A stretch of 64,000 bases of DNA from Ignavibacteria bacterium (GTDB taxonomy: Bacteria > Bacteroidota > Ignavibacteria > Tepidaquicellales > OLB5), in assembly GCA_030835025.1 (NCBI GenBank), contig JAUQWS010000109.1:61847-125846 (forward strand). The letters run 5' to 3'. This document shows positions 1 to 8,816 of this stretch, piece after piece. Numbering within the stretch: the stretch's first letter is position 1; each line of letters opens with the position of its first letter. Below the pieces are notes generated by a model that saw only the letters and a list, made by a program, of their open reading frames with translations, was not told the DNA's origin and did no database searches. A program made the translations under genes and the position numbers.

Positions 1-1220
1 CAACCTGGTCGCGAAGTGCCTGCAGTATTTCAACAGTATCTTCGATGGGGTTACCTTTGGAAAGCTGGTATGATTTTACCAGTACCTGTTTATCTTCTGA
101 AATGAGAGCTGCTTTTGTTGAAGTTGAGCCGCCGTCAAGACCGATAAAACCGCGTACTACTTCACCCGGTTTAAAAGTGGCCGGAGTGAATTTCGGAATT
201 TTGTACTTTTCTTTAAATGAAGCAAGATCAGCTTCATCTTTATATAAACCGCCTCCGCCTGAAAGCTTCATCAGCTTTTTCTTTTCTTCGGCTCTGCCAA
301 CATTTATATAATACTCAAGGTCAGCGTAACCTTTGTAGATACCTATCTCAGGCTCTTCTTCCTTGCCGAATTCAATTGCGCCTATTGCTGCGAAGTACTG
401 AGCATTTTCGGGCACTCGGATAAGATTCTCAATAGGTTCATTCTTATCATACGGAACATTGCGTTCATCCCACATTTTAGGAATATTAGCCCTCCAGCAA
501 TCCATCATTCCCTTAATGTAACAATTCGGACCGCCGAGCAGGAGTACCTCAGGTCTTAATGTATGACCGCGTGTAAGCACTGACATATTCTGCTGGATAA
601 TGGATTCAAATAAACTTGCCATAAGCTCATCGGCAGGAACACCCGATTTCTGCAGACCGTTGATATCAGTTTCCGCAAATACACCGCATTTACCGGCGAC
701 AGGGTGGAGCTTGAGTCCGTAATAACCCATATTGCAAAGCTCCGCAGCGGGAATCTTAAGCTTGGCGTTGATCTTATCAATTACAGCACCAGTGCCTCCC
801 GCGCATTTATCATTCATGCTTGGGATCTTTTTCTTTTTGCCGGTCTCAGGATCTTCTTTGAACACGATTATCTTCGCATCTTGTCCTCCAAGCTCTATAA
901 CCGAAAGAGTTTTCGGGTAGAACTTCTCGACTGCGAGGCTCACAGCGTTTACTTCCTGTACGAATTTTGCTCCAAGGAAGCGGCCTATATTGCTGCCGCC
1001 TGAACCTGTAATGAATATCCGTGCACCCTTCAGGGAGTCTTTGCCAAGCTTATTCTCAAAATCCTTCAGAAGCTCAAGCGATTTTTCAGGTTGTTTGGTA
1101 TCATGCCGCTGATAATCGGACCATAATATTTTATCGTTATCGATATCCATAACAACTGCCTTAACGGTTGTTGAGCCCACATCAAAGCCAATATATAGCG
1201 GATTCTTATTAGTTATCATA
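1..1220 (-). CDS. BadF/BadG/BcrA/BcrD-type ATPase (2-hydroxyacyl-CoA dehydratase activase-like), N-terminal part; runs off the left edge
   Basis: Absent from the ORF track because it is open at position 1. My reverse-strand translation from ATG 1220-1218 reads MITNKNPLYIGFDVGSTTVKAVV...DKCAGGTGAVIDK. Roughly 350 aa later there is a second FIGLDGGSTSTKAAL phosphate-binding motif, so there are two tandem ASKHA ATPase modules as in CoA-substrate-specific enzyme activases. It lies 32 nt downstream of, and co-directional with, 1253-3058. Confidence 0.7.
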
Positions 1221-1252
1221 TAAATTCACACATTTTTAGTTCAACAATAGTG

Positions 1253-3058
1253 TTAAGCTGTTACTTCTTCAGCCTTAGCGGATACAGGTTTTATCCCGTC
1301 TTTTCTCATTTTCTCTGCAACATCTAGCACGAAGTTAGCGGCAACGCCGATAACGCCTTTCTTATGCCCAATATGATAGAACGGTCTCTGCAGGTAATCG
1401 TTTGCATCGATGTATGCCTTTATCTCTTCAATCGAGTATCCTGTCTCATCAAGGCATTTCTTGAATTCCAGCTTAGCCTTAGCTTTAGCTTCACCAAGAG
1501 CCATCTGAACCCTTGAATGGGCGTTAACATCACCTTCGCCTGATGTTTCGATAGGAATGAATATCATATCCTTGAACATCGAAGTTACTGCTGACTGTAC
1601 TCCATCTGACTGAGTGGAAGGCATGCATCCAAACGGCTTAAGTGAAAGCACCATATGACAAAGGTCCTTGTTCACATAATAAATGTTCTTTGCAACTTCT
1701 AAGTGACCTTCGCCGCCTTCAACCCTTGAGTTATAGAACGGATGCCCGAGCCTCTGCATTTCAAGCTGGTTTGCAAGCTCATGAGGCATACCGTCAAACA
1801 CATCGCGGATGCGGTTATACTCGCGGTCAAATACTTTTTCTGCAATTGTCAGAATAGTTACGGTTTTCTTATAGTCAGTCAGGTTCTTGAGTTTCTTTAA
1901 GACCTGGTATGATTTGGGTGATTCTTCACCTTCTTTGATTCCTTTCCTGTCATGGTACATGTTCTTAGCCTGGTGGAGCATGTATAGTATCCATGTTGCG
2001 ATTGGCTCTACAAGCAATTGAGCGCCTTCTCTTTCTAGGAAGGGGAACATGTTGAAGTTTCCGTCGCCTTCGGTTGTCTGTGCCCAGAATTCACCTGTAA
2101 CTTTGCAGATGGGCTTGACGCGGGTTCTATCAACTTTTATTTCGTTGAATTTATCTTTGATCTCTCTTACTGTTTCAAGGTAGTAATCTCCAACAGTCTG
2201 TTCAACGAATCTCTGAATGTAATTTGAGCCTGGAACCTTTTTTAAGAATGATCCAAGTTTGGAGTTGAAGTCAAAATATTTCTTGCTCTTCATCTTCTGG
2301 TACATGATCTCCATGCATTCAGCAAGCACTTTATCGGTTTCACCTGCATTGACCTCGAACGGCCTTATCTGATATGCTACATCGTTAATGATATCGCCGA
2401 TATTCATTGCGTTGATAATGCCAAGGAAGAAGTCAAGGTTCATCTCAAGCCCTGCTTCAAGCTCATCCTGCTCAAGTCCGCCTGTTTGCTGGAATATTAG
2501 TACTCTGAATCCTTCGAATCCGGAATTCCGGAGAGCAAGGCGGTATTCTGCTTCGTACATTCCAAACCTGCACGGTCCGCATGCACCCGCTGTGAAAAAC
2601 ACATAATCATTTATTATCTGTTCTTTTGACATTCCGGCAGCTTCAAGATCCTGAAGATACTGAACAAGGTTTCCAACGGTGAAATAAGTCGGGTTGCACT
2701 GACCGTTATTTCCGTATTCTTTGCCTAACTGGAAAGCTTTTTTATTGGGAACGGGTATCTCACTGGCTTTATAGCCTAAACCTTCCAAAACTCCTTTAAT
2801 CAGCTTCTCATGTTTCCATGTTAACCCGCCGAATAGAATGGTGGTATTTGCTCTTTGGTCCTTTGTGAAAGTATTTTCAAGCGGCCTTTTGAAGTGATCG
2901 ATGCGTTTGGCTTCAACGCCGTATTCCTTTTCAAGGCGCACTCTTTCTTCAAGAAGCAAGCGCTGAATTTCAGCTTCCTTTGATTCGGACTTCTTTAAGC
3001 TGATACCTACCGGTGCACTTACCGTAGCAGTATCCTCGTTCTTGTTCTGATGTCCCAT
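1253..3058 (-). CDS. acyl-CoA dehydratase activase-related protein (DUF2229-like)
   Basis: 601-aa ORF. Blocks ILFGGLTWKHEKLIKGVLEGLGY...GNNGQCNPTYFTVGN and TAGACGPCRFGMYEAEYRLALRNSGFEGFRVLIF match what I recall of the uncharacterised domain normally fused C-terminal to activase ATPases. Confidence 0.6.
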   Translation of the reverse strand: MGHQNKNEDTATVSAPVGISLKKSESKEAEIQRLLLEERVRLEKEYGVEAKRIDHFKRPLENTFTKDQRANTTILFGGLTWKHEKLIKGVLEGLGYKASEIPVPNKKAFQLGKEYGNNGQCNPTYFTVGNLVQYLQDLEAAGMSKEQIINDYVFFTAGACGPCRFGMYEAEYRLALRNSGFEGFRVLIFQQTGGLEQDELEAGLEMNLDFFLGIINAMNIGDIINDVAYQIRPFEVNAGETDKVLAECMEIMYQKMKSKKYFDFNSKLGSFLKKVPGSNYIQRFVEQTVGDYYLETVREIKDKFNEIKVDRTRVKPICKVTGEFWAQTTEGDGNFNMFPFLEREGAQLLVEPIATWILYMLHQAKNMYHDRKGIKEGEESPKSYQVLKKLKNLTDYKKTVTILTIAEKVFDREYNRIRDVFDGMPHELANQLEMQRLGHPFYNSRVEGGEGHLEVAKNIYYVNKDLCHMVLSLKPFGCMPSTQSDGVQSAVTSMFKDMIFIPIETSGEGDVNAHSRVQMALGEAKAKAKLEFKKCLDETGYSIEEIKAYIDANDYLQRPFYHIGHKKGVIGVAANFVLDVAEKMRKDGIKPVSAKAEEVTA

Positions 3059-3108
3059 GTTTTTACCCTTCCTTTAGGTATATTCCTGCAAAAGCAGAAA
3101 CTAGATTG

Positions 3109-4431
3109 TTAATTATTAATACTTTTCTCAATTTCAGCGGCGCAATTCTTTGCACTCTTAACTGCGCCTTCAATTGTTGCAGGCAGTCCAGTTTTAGTCC
3201 AGTCACCTGCAATAAAAAAATTCTCAAAAATCGTCGTATTATCCAGACGAGAACTAATCGATTCCTTATCCGGTACAAAAGTAGCCCTCATTTCTTTAAT
3301 GACTCTTGAAGCTTTCAATTTCTTCGTTTCAAATCCTATTATGCACATTTTCAATTCTTTCAGAGCTGTTTCCACGATCAATTCCTTGTCCATTTCAGCA
3401 ATTTCACCGGCACTGCTGATAACCAGTGACAACATGTCTTTCGCTGTTCTGAATGCCCATTGTACATTTGTGCCTAAAAGACCAACGAAACGCTCCTTAA
3501 ATACATCATCAATATTCTCTTCGAATCTTAAGTGAATGTTTACAATGGGGGAGGGCTTCAGGTTTCCCGCCTTAACAACCCTGATATGAATACTCTCACC
3601 TAGTAAATCTTTGAATTCAAAGAACGGAACTGCACAGATATAAAAATCACTTTTAAACTCTTTGTTATCTTCAGTAATAATTGAACTTATTCTGTTATTC
3701 TCAAAGTTTATTTTAGTCACTCTGCAATTAGATAAAACTTCAGAACCTTTGCTTTTCAGGTACTCGGTTGCAGGTGTCACCAATATATTGCTGAGTGAAT
3801 CATTTGGAAGAACCAGTTCTGAGCCGCCTTTTTCAAGAAATCCGGTTTTAATGATATCTGCAAACATTTTAGCCGAAGTATCCTTAGGTTTGACATTAAA
3901 AACAGCTATTATAAACGGTTCCCAGAAGTTCCTGATAAGTCTTTCTGTTTGCCCTGTTTCAGAAAAGAGCCTGTCCGTGTTCATGGACTCCAGTTCCCGC
4001 AGTTTGTCCTTCTTAAGCAGCTTTACTAGCCTTATCAATGCTCTTTTATCACTATACCTGAGAGCTTTGAACTTTACAATCCCTGCCAGCAAATGAAACG
4101 GTGGAGGGAGGTTTGGGCACTCAAAAAGGTATTCAGCTGCTTGTTTATCAACAAATTTGACCCTCAATTTCTTTTGAAAAGTCAGTTTGCTCAGACTGCC
4201 AATAAGCTTCAGATAATCAAATGTGTCTTTGTACCAGCTTGCGAGTAAATGCTGTCCGTTATCTATTTCTGCTTCAATTGTCTTGTCAAAGAACGAGTAT
4301 GTTCTGCCTCCAAACTTAGGGGAGGCTTCAAAAAGCTTCACTTTAAATCCTTTTTCTGCCAGGAATACCGCTGCTGAAAGTCCCGCAATACCTCCGCCAA
4401 TTACACTAACTTCTTTCTGCATACTCAGCAA
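3109..4431 (-). CDS. hpnE: hydroxysqualene dehydroxylase (FAD-dependent, phytoene-desaturase fold)
   Basis: FAD fold VSVIGGGIAGLSAAVFLAEKG..EASPKFGGR followed by a DNGQHLL block. Same-strand run with two squalene/phytoene synthase paralogs. Confidence 0.75.
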   Translation of the reverse strand: MLSMQKEVSVIGGGIAGLSAAVFLAEKGFKVKLFEASPKFGGRTYSFFDKTIEAEIDNGQHLLASWYKDTFDYLKLIGSLSKLTFQKKLRVKFVDKQAAEYLFECPNLPPPFHLLAGIVKFKALRYSDKRALIRLVKLLKKDKLRELESMNTDRLFSETGQTERLIRNFWEPFIIAVFNVKPKDTSAKMFADIIKTGFLEKGGSELVLPNDSLSNILVTPATEYLKSKGSEVLSNCRVTKINFENNRISSIITEDNKEFKSDFYICAVPFFEFKDLLGESIHIRVVKAGNLKPSPIVNIHLRFEENIDDVFKERFVGLLGTNVQWAFRTAKDMLSLVISSAGEIAEMDKELIVETALKELKMCIIGFETKKLKASRVIKEMRATFVPDKESISSRLDNTTIFENFFIAGDWTKTGLPATIEGAVKSAKNCAAEIEKSINN

Positions 4432-4452
4432 TTTCCTGTAATTCTGCTGTTG

Positions 4453-4755
4453 TTAAATTGATTCGAAAGCCCCGATCATGTTTTCTTTAACTGTAAATTC
4501 CGTGCATTTCTTATCAAGCGAATCATATTCTGATGCATACTCTTTCATAAATTCATCACGGCTGCCTTTTGAGTTCCATGTATCAATCGTCACAAACCTG
4601 TTTTCACTTTTTATGTCCTGCAGAAGCTCAGTACCCACGTAGCCTTTTGATCTCTTGAAGAGCTGAACCCATACACCATCACTATCATAATATCTGATAA
4701 ACTCATCTTTTGCTTCCGGATCAGCTTCATATTCCCAAATGTATAGATACGGCAT
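4453..4755 (-). CDS. ABM (antibiotic biosynthesis monooxygenase)/Dabb-like small alpha+beta barrel protein
   Basis: 100 aa with the pattern YIWEYEA..EF...Y...G.W..L......Y.GTELL.......F.TID.W.S...EF. Starts 12 nt after the hpnD stop and ends 21 nt before the hpnE start. Confidence 0.55.
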   Translation of the reverse strand: MPYLYIWEYEADPEAKDEFIRYYDSDGVWVQLFKRSKGYVGTELLQDIKSENRFVTIDTWNSKGSRDEFMKEYASEYDSLDKKCTEFTVKENMIGAFESI

Positions 4756-4767
4756 ATCAATAAGATT

Positions 4768-5616
4768 CTACCTATATGAAAACCTGTATTTTACAAATAC
4801 CCCGAACGTATAATAGAGCTTTTTCAATTTTGAGACTCTTGCTTTTTTATGAAATACATTATAATTCATCTGTTCTATTTTCTGAAGGATATTGAAATAT
4901 ATCTTTTCCATTATCCTGGCAGGGAAGAGCTGTTTCCTGTTCTCTATGGCAAAGCAGTCATTTGCTTTGGTAAAATACTCGCGAGCCCTTCCGCACTCAA
5001 ACTTCATGAGCTCAACAAACGATTCATTGTACCTGAAGTTCAAGAGATCGTCTTCAGTATATCCAAATCTCTTCAAGTCCTCTTCAGGGAGGTATATCCT
5101 GCCGTTCAGTGCGTCAAACTTAATATCTCTCAAGATATTTGTTAACTGAAGAGCAATTCCAAGATTCACCGCGTATTCCTTTGCACTTTCCGTTTTATAG
5201 CCGAAGATCTCAATACACATAAGTCCTACAGTTGCCGCCGCACGGAAACAATACTGGTACAAAGTTGCAAAATCTTTGTAACGCGAAACCTGCAGGTCAG
5301 CTTCCATTCCTTTTATAAGCTCAAAGAACGGTTCCACTGGAATATTGAAATTCTTAATTACCCTGTTGACCTTATTCAGCAATGAAAAATTTGAATTACC
5401 TTTTAGTGAACTTTCGAATTCATCCCGCCACTCGCGTATTTTTTTGAACTTAAGCTCAGTTGTTTCTGATTCATTATCAACTATATCATCAGTGTGCCTG
5501 CAGAAAGCGTAGACTGTATTTATGGCTTCATATTTCTCCTTAGGGAGGAGTGAAAATGAATACAGGAAGTTGGTCTTGCTTGACTGCGTAATTTCTATAT
5601 GTTCGTTATTTGACAA
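4768..5616 (-). CDS. hpnD: presqualene diphosphate synthase (squalene/phytoene synthase family)
   Basis: SFSLLPKEKYEAINTVYAFCRHTDDIVD (first Asp-rich motif) and RDIKFDALNGRIYLP (second). Starts 3 nt after the hpnC stop. Confidence 0.75.
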   Translation of the reverse strand: MSNNEHIEITQSSKTNFLYSFSLLPKEKYEAINTVYAFCRHTDDIVDNESETTELKFKKIREWRDEFESSLKGNSNFSLLNKVNRVIKNFNIPVEPFFELIKGMEADLQVSRYKDFATLYQYCFRAAATVGLMCIEIFGYKTESAKEYAVNLGIALQLTNILRDIKFDALNGRIYLPEEDLKRFGYTEDDLLNFRYNESFVELMKFECGRAREYFTKANDCFAIENRKQLFPARIMEKIYFNILQKIEQMNYNVFHKKARVSKLKKLYYTFGVFVKYRFSYR

Positions 5617-5619
5617 ATC

Positions 5620-6489
5620 TTAGAACCTTGTCCTTACGAATAATTCAATTTTATTCAAAGTTGATATTTCAGGCCTGCGGTTAAAAACATCATAATTAAT
5701 TTTCTTTATCTTTTTTAATATTGTTGTACCGCCCAGCCATGTCAGATTCAATTCTTTTGAAAGTTTATTTAACCCGTTTCTTTTTCGGCACATTTCGATA
5801 AGCTTCTTGCCTTCATCAAATAACTTCTGTGTCCTGTTTACCTCAAATTCCATGAGATTTTTGAAGCTTACATTATATTCTTTATTCTGAAGCATTTCGT
5901 GTGTGTAACCAAACCTGTTCATATCTTCTTCCGGAATGTAGATCCTGTCCTTTTGGAGGTCAACTGCCACATCCTGCCAGAAATTGGTCAGTTGAAGCGC
6001 TGTACATATCTTATCTGAATATTTAAAGAACTCTGTATCTATACAACCGAAGATCATTAAGACAAGTCTGCCAACAGGATTAGCTGAATTTGTACAGTAA
6101 TCCAACACCTCGTCAAAGCTCTCATACCGCTGCTTTATAACATCCTGCCTGAATGCTTTCAATAGCCTTTCCAATGTTTCAATTGGTATCTTGTTATCTT
6201 TTACCGTTATACCAAGTGCAATAAAGATCGGATCATAAGCTTTTCCCTTATAACTTTCCTTTAATTTGTCATTCCATTCGTCCAAAAGTGCCAATCGCTT
6301 TTCTCTGCCTCCCATTATGTCCGGTTCATCGGCAAAGTCATCTGCAGCGCGGGCGAATGAGTAGACGGCGTATACATACCTTCGTTTTTCCTTTGGCAAC
6401 AAAAGCGAAGCCACCGGAAAATTCTCATAATGTTTTTTTGCGATATCTTCGCAGTATTTGAAAGAACTATTTATCAAGCTCTCTTGCAT
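5620..6489 (-). CDS. hpnC: hydroxysqualene synthase (squalene/phytoene synthase family)
   Basis: HYENFPVASLLLPKEKRRYVYAVYSFARAADDFADE is the HpnC-type N-terminal signature. Second Asp-rich block is QDVAVDLQKDRIYIP. Confidence 0.8.
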   Translation of the reverse strand: MQESLINSSFKYCEDIAKKHYENFPVASLLLPKEKRRYVYAVYSFARAADDFADEPDIMGGREKRLALLDEWNDKLKESYKGKAYDPIFIALGITVKDNKIPIETLERLLKAFRQDVIKQRYESFDEVLDYCTNSANPVGRLVLMIFGCIDTEFFKYSDKICTALQLTNFWQDVAVDLQKDRIYIPEEDMNRFGYTHEMLQNKEYNVSFKNLMEFEVNRTQKLFDEGKKLIEMCRKRNGLNKLSKELNLTWLGGTTILKKIKKINYDVFNRRPEISTLNKIELFVRTRF

Positions 6490-6593
6490 CAGTTCATTGA
6501 CATTAAGTTACCAGGATTTGTGCTGAACATTAACATAAGATCATTTATGCTTAAATGTATTCAGTAAAAATCTAGAGCGAAACATAGATTGTT

Positions 6594-7037
6594 CTAAACC
6601 AGGAGTGCAGATGTCCGTAAATATGTTTCCCTGGAACGCCAGAGAGAAATATTATCAGAATCCAGAATGTGAAGTGTGAGTAAATCTAATTTATGATTTA
6701 TCATTTTGGAGATGTTTCTTACGAAAGTGTATATGGAGAATTTTGATCTTTTGTAGACAAGTGCGAACAGAAGTATTATGAATCCGGGTGAATTTGAATT
6801 TGTCGGGTCATTTGGGTTATAATAAAATGCCAGCCAGATGACCGATAGGGCAGTAAATACTATCATCCAAAACCTGGTATTATATGAAGCAGTATGCGGC
6901 TTTAGTCTTTTCCAGTAAAGATTATTGCACAATTTGCGGTAAAACTCCATAGTAAGAAAATTGTTCAGCACCCATATGAGTTTGCCAAAAAAACTCGTAT
7001 TAAGAATCAGCTTGATTTGCAGGTAGATGTTGTACAA
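6594..7037 (-). CDS. hypothetical small membrane protein (weak call)
   Basis: Only ORF in a roughly 650-nt gap. Two hydrophobic stretches (FWMIVFTALSVIWLAFYY, GFIILLFALVY). No recognisable family, and the start codon is uncertain. Confidence 0.3.
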   Translation of the reverse strand: MYNIYLQIKLILNTSFFGKLIWVLNNFLTMEFYRKLCNNLYWKRLKPHTASYNTRFWMIVFTALSVIWLAFYYNPNDPTNSNSPGFIILLFALVYKRSKFSIYTFVRNISKMINHKLDLLTLHILDSDNISLWRSRETYLRTSALLV

Positions 7038-7146
7038 ATTTCCTTTTGATTATTCAGTAAAGTTAAGTATATATGTTTGAAATGTCAATTAAACCGCAAA
7101 TTTAATCTGGACTCAAAAGTATAGATACTGGCTCAACGATAGGGCA

Positions 7147-8382
7147 CTACTCGTACCTCAAAGCATCGATTGGATTCAGTTTAGCAGCCTTGAAGGCAGG
7201 GTAAGTTCCGAATAGAATGCCGATGAGTGAACAGACTATCAAACCGATCACGACCCAGTCGTATGGGATTGTTACGGGGAAGTTAAAAATGGTACCAAGC
7301 AGGTTTCCGACTCCGATACCCACGGCAATGCCAATGAGACCTCCCAGCTCGCATAGAAGAATTGCCTCAAATAGAAACTGAGTCAATATGTTACTGCGTT
7401 TTGCGCCGATCGCCATTCTTATGCCGATCTCTTTGGTCCTTTCTGTGACAGTAACAAGCATAATGTTCATTATACCGATCCCGGCTGCAATTAGAGAAAT
7501 AAATGATATAACACCAGCACCATATTTGAAATATACTGTAAAATTGTTTGCCTCTCTGATCAATGATTCATTTGACCATATGTCAAAATCATTTTCTTCA
7601 CCCGGGGGCACCTTTCTTATTTGTCTCATCAAGCCAATTACTTCTTCCATTGTCTCGTCAAGCTCCGCTTTACTGTAGGCAGTCACAGTAATGTTTATGG
7701 AGCGGTTGCGCCTTGCACCGTAGATCTGGTCCATTGTCATTAACGGTACAAGCACCAGGTTATCCTGACTTTGGCCAAGGCTTTCACCCTTTGCAGTCAG
7801 GATCCCTATAACAGTGAATCTGTTTCCGTCAATCTCTATTTGTTTATCAATCGGTGAAGAAAAGGGGAACAGTTTATCAACTACATCCATTCCAACAACT
7901 GCTATGTGGCGTGTAGATCTAACTTCTTCCTTGGTGAAGAATCTTCCTTCAGCAAGAGTGTGATTATTTGCAGGAAGGAATTCAGTAGTGACACCACCCA
8001 TCTGGAAATTGGGGTTTGTATATCCATCACCGTATTTTACTGATTTCCCGCCTGACCAGTCTTCAAGCCCTACATACTTGGGATAAATAGCAAGTTCGCG
8101 CAGCCTTTCGCCTTCATCAATAGTAATAGGTTTGCGTTTTTCGTACTGGCGCATTCTTCCCGGACCCGATACAAATGTTGCTGGCCATTTCTGAACCTGG
8201 AATGTACTGGTGCCTAACTGACTAAGGCCGCTATCAATACCTTTTTGAAGGGCATCAAGAAGCGTCATTACTCCAATTATAGAAAAGACTCCGATAATAA
8301 TACCGAGCAGGGTAAGCGATGCCCTGAGCTTGTTTGCTCTAATCGAATTCAATGCCGATATTAACGCTTCTTTTATGTTCAT
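7147..8382 (-). CDS. ABC transporter permease, MacB/LolCE (FtsX) type
   Basis: 411 aa. N-terminal TM helix, large periplasmic domain, and a C-terminal FtsX block (ERTKEIGIRMAIGAKRSNILTQFLFEA). Its start overlaps the upstream ORF by 4 nt. Confidence 0.85.
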   Translation of the reverse strand: MNIKEALISALNSIRANKLRASLTLLGIIIGVFSIIGVMTLLDALQKGIDSGLSQLGTSTFQVQKWPATFVSGPGRMRQYEKRKPITIDEGERLRELAIYPKYVGLEDWSGGKSVKYGDGYTNPNFQMGGVTTEFLPANNHTLAEGRFFTKEEVRSTRHIAVVGMDVVDKLFPFSSPIDKQIEIDGNRFTVIGILTAKGESLGQSQDNLVLVPLMTMDQIYGARRNRSINITVTAYSKAELDETMEEVIGLMRQIRKVPPGEENDFDIWSNESLIREANNFTVYFKYGAGVISFISLIAAGIGIMNIMLVTVTERTKEIGIRMAIGAKRSNILTQFLFEAILLCELGGLIGIAVGIGVGNLLGTIFNFPVTIPYDWVVIGLIVCSLIGILFGTYPAFKAAKLNPIDALRYE

Positions 8383-8816
8383 TTTATATAGAAATCTCTT
8401 GTGAAAATAAACTGCTCAGTTTCAAATTCACACAAATACTTCCCGGGGGGATAGTCACAATCTGCGCCGGCACATTTACTCATTTCCCATTTCACCCTGT
8501 ATACACCCGAAGTCAATGTCTGGTCATTTATCAAGTACATCAATCTATTTCCGCTTGTATCGGAAACTGCAAGCTTCAATGTTGTTCTAAGCGGAATATC
8601 CAGATCCACCCTTATCACATTCTTTATCTTTTCCTTATCAAGTTTTACGATCACGTCACTAATATTATATTCTTCAGGTCTTATTTTTTTCGTTTTTCTT
8701 ATGACTACGCTGCTTGTATCGTATTCTAACCCCTGTGCCAAGATACATCCTGCAACAAGAAAAAAACAAACTGCAATACTTTTAACATTTAATCTGCAAC
8801 TTTTTACCTTACTCAT
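8379..8816 (-). CDS. small lipoprotein with a FlgD-Ig/T9SS-CTD-like beta-sandwich tail
   Basis: Lipobox FLVAGC. The C-terminal pattern LKLAVSDTSGNRLMYLINDQTLTSGVYRVKWEM...YPPGKYLCEFETEQFIFTRDFYIK parallels the CTDs elsewhere in the window but lacks their NYPNPFNP head. It overlaps both flanking permease genes (8 nt and 4 nt). Confidence 0.55.
   Translation of the reverse strand: MSKVKSCRLNVKSIAVCFFLVAGCILAQGLEYDTSSVVIRKTKKIRPEEYNISDVIVKLDKEKIKNVIRVDLDIPLRTTLKLAVSDTSGNRLMYLINDQTLTSGVYRVKWEMSKCAGADCDYPPGKYLCEFETEQFIFTRDFYIK

Noticed and set aside
45-1003. Several 60-100-aa plus-strand ORFs at the left edge (45-311, 217-423, 704-1003, 732-920)
   Set aside because: The minus strand here encodes an uninterrupted BcrAD-type ATPase with clear ASKHA motifs. 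The track misses it only because it is open at the window edge.
3662-4096. 144-aa plus-strand ORF inside hpnE
   Set aside because: It is a shadow ORF on the opposite strand of a gene with clear FAD-binding motifs, and its composition is Ser/Leu-rich.
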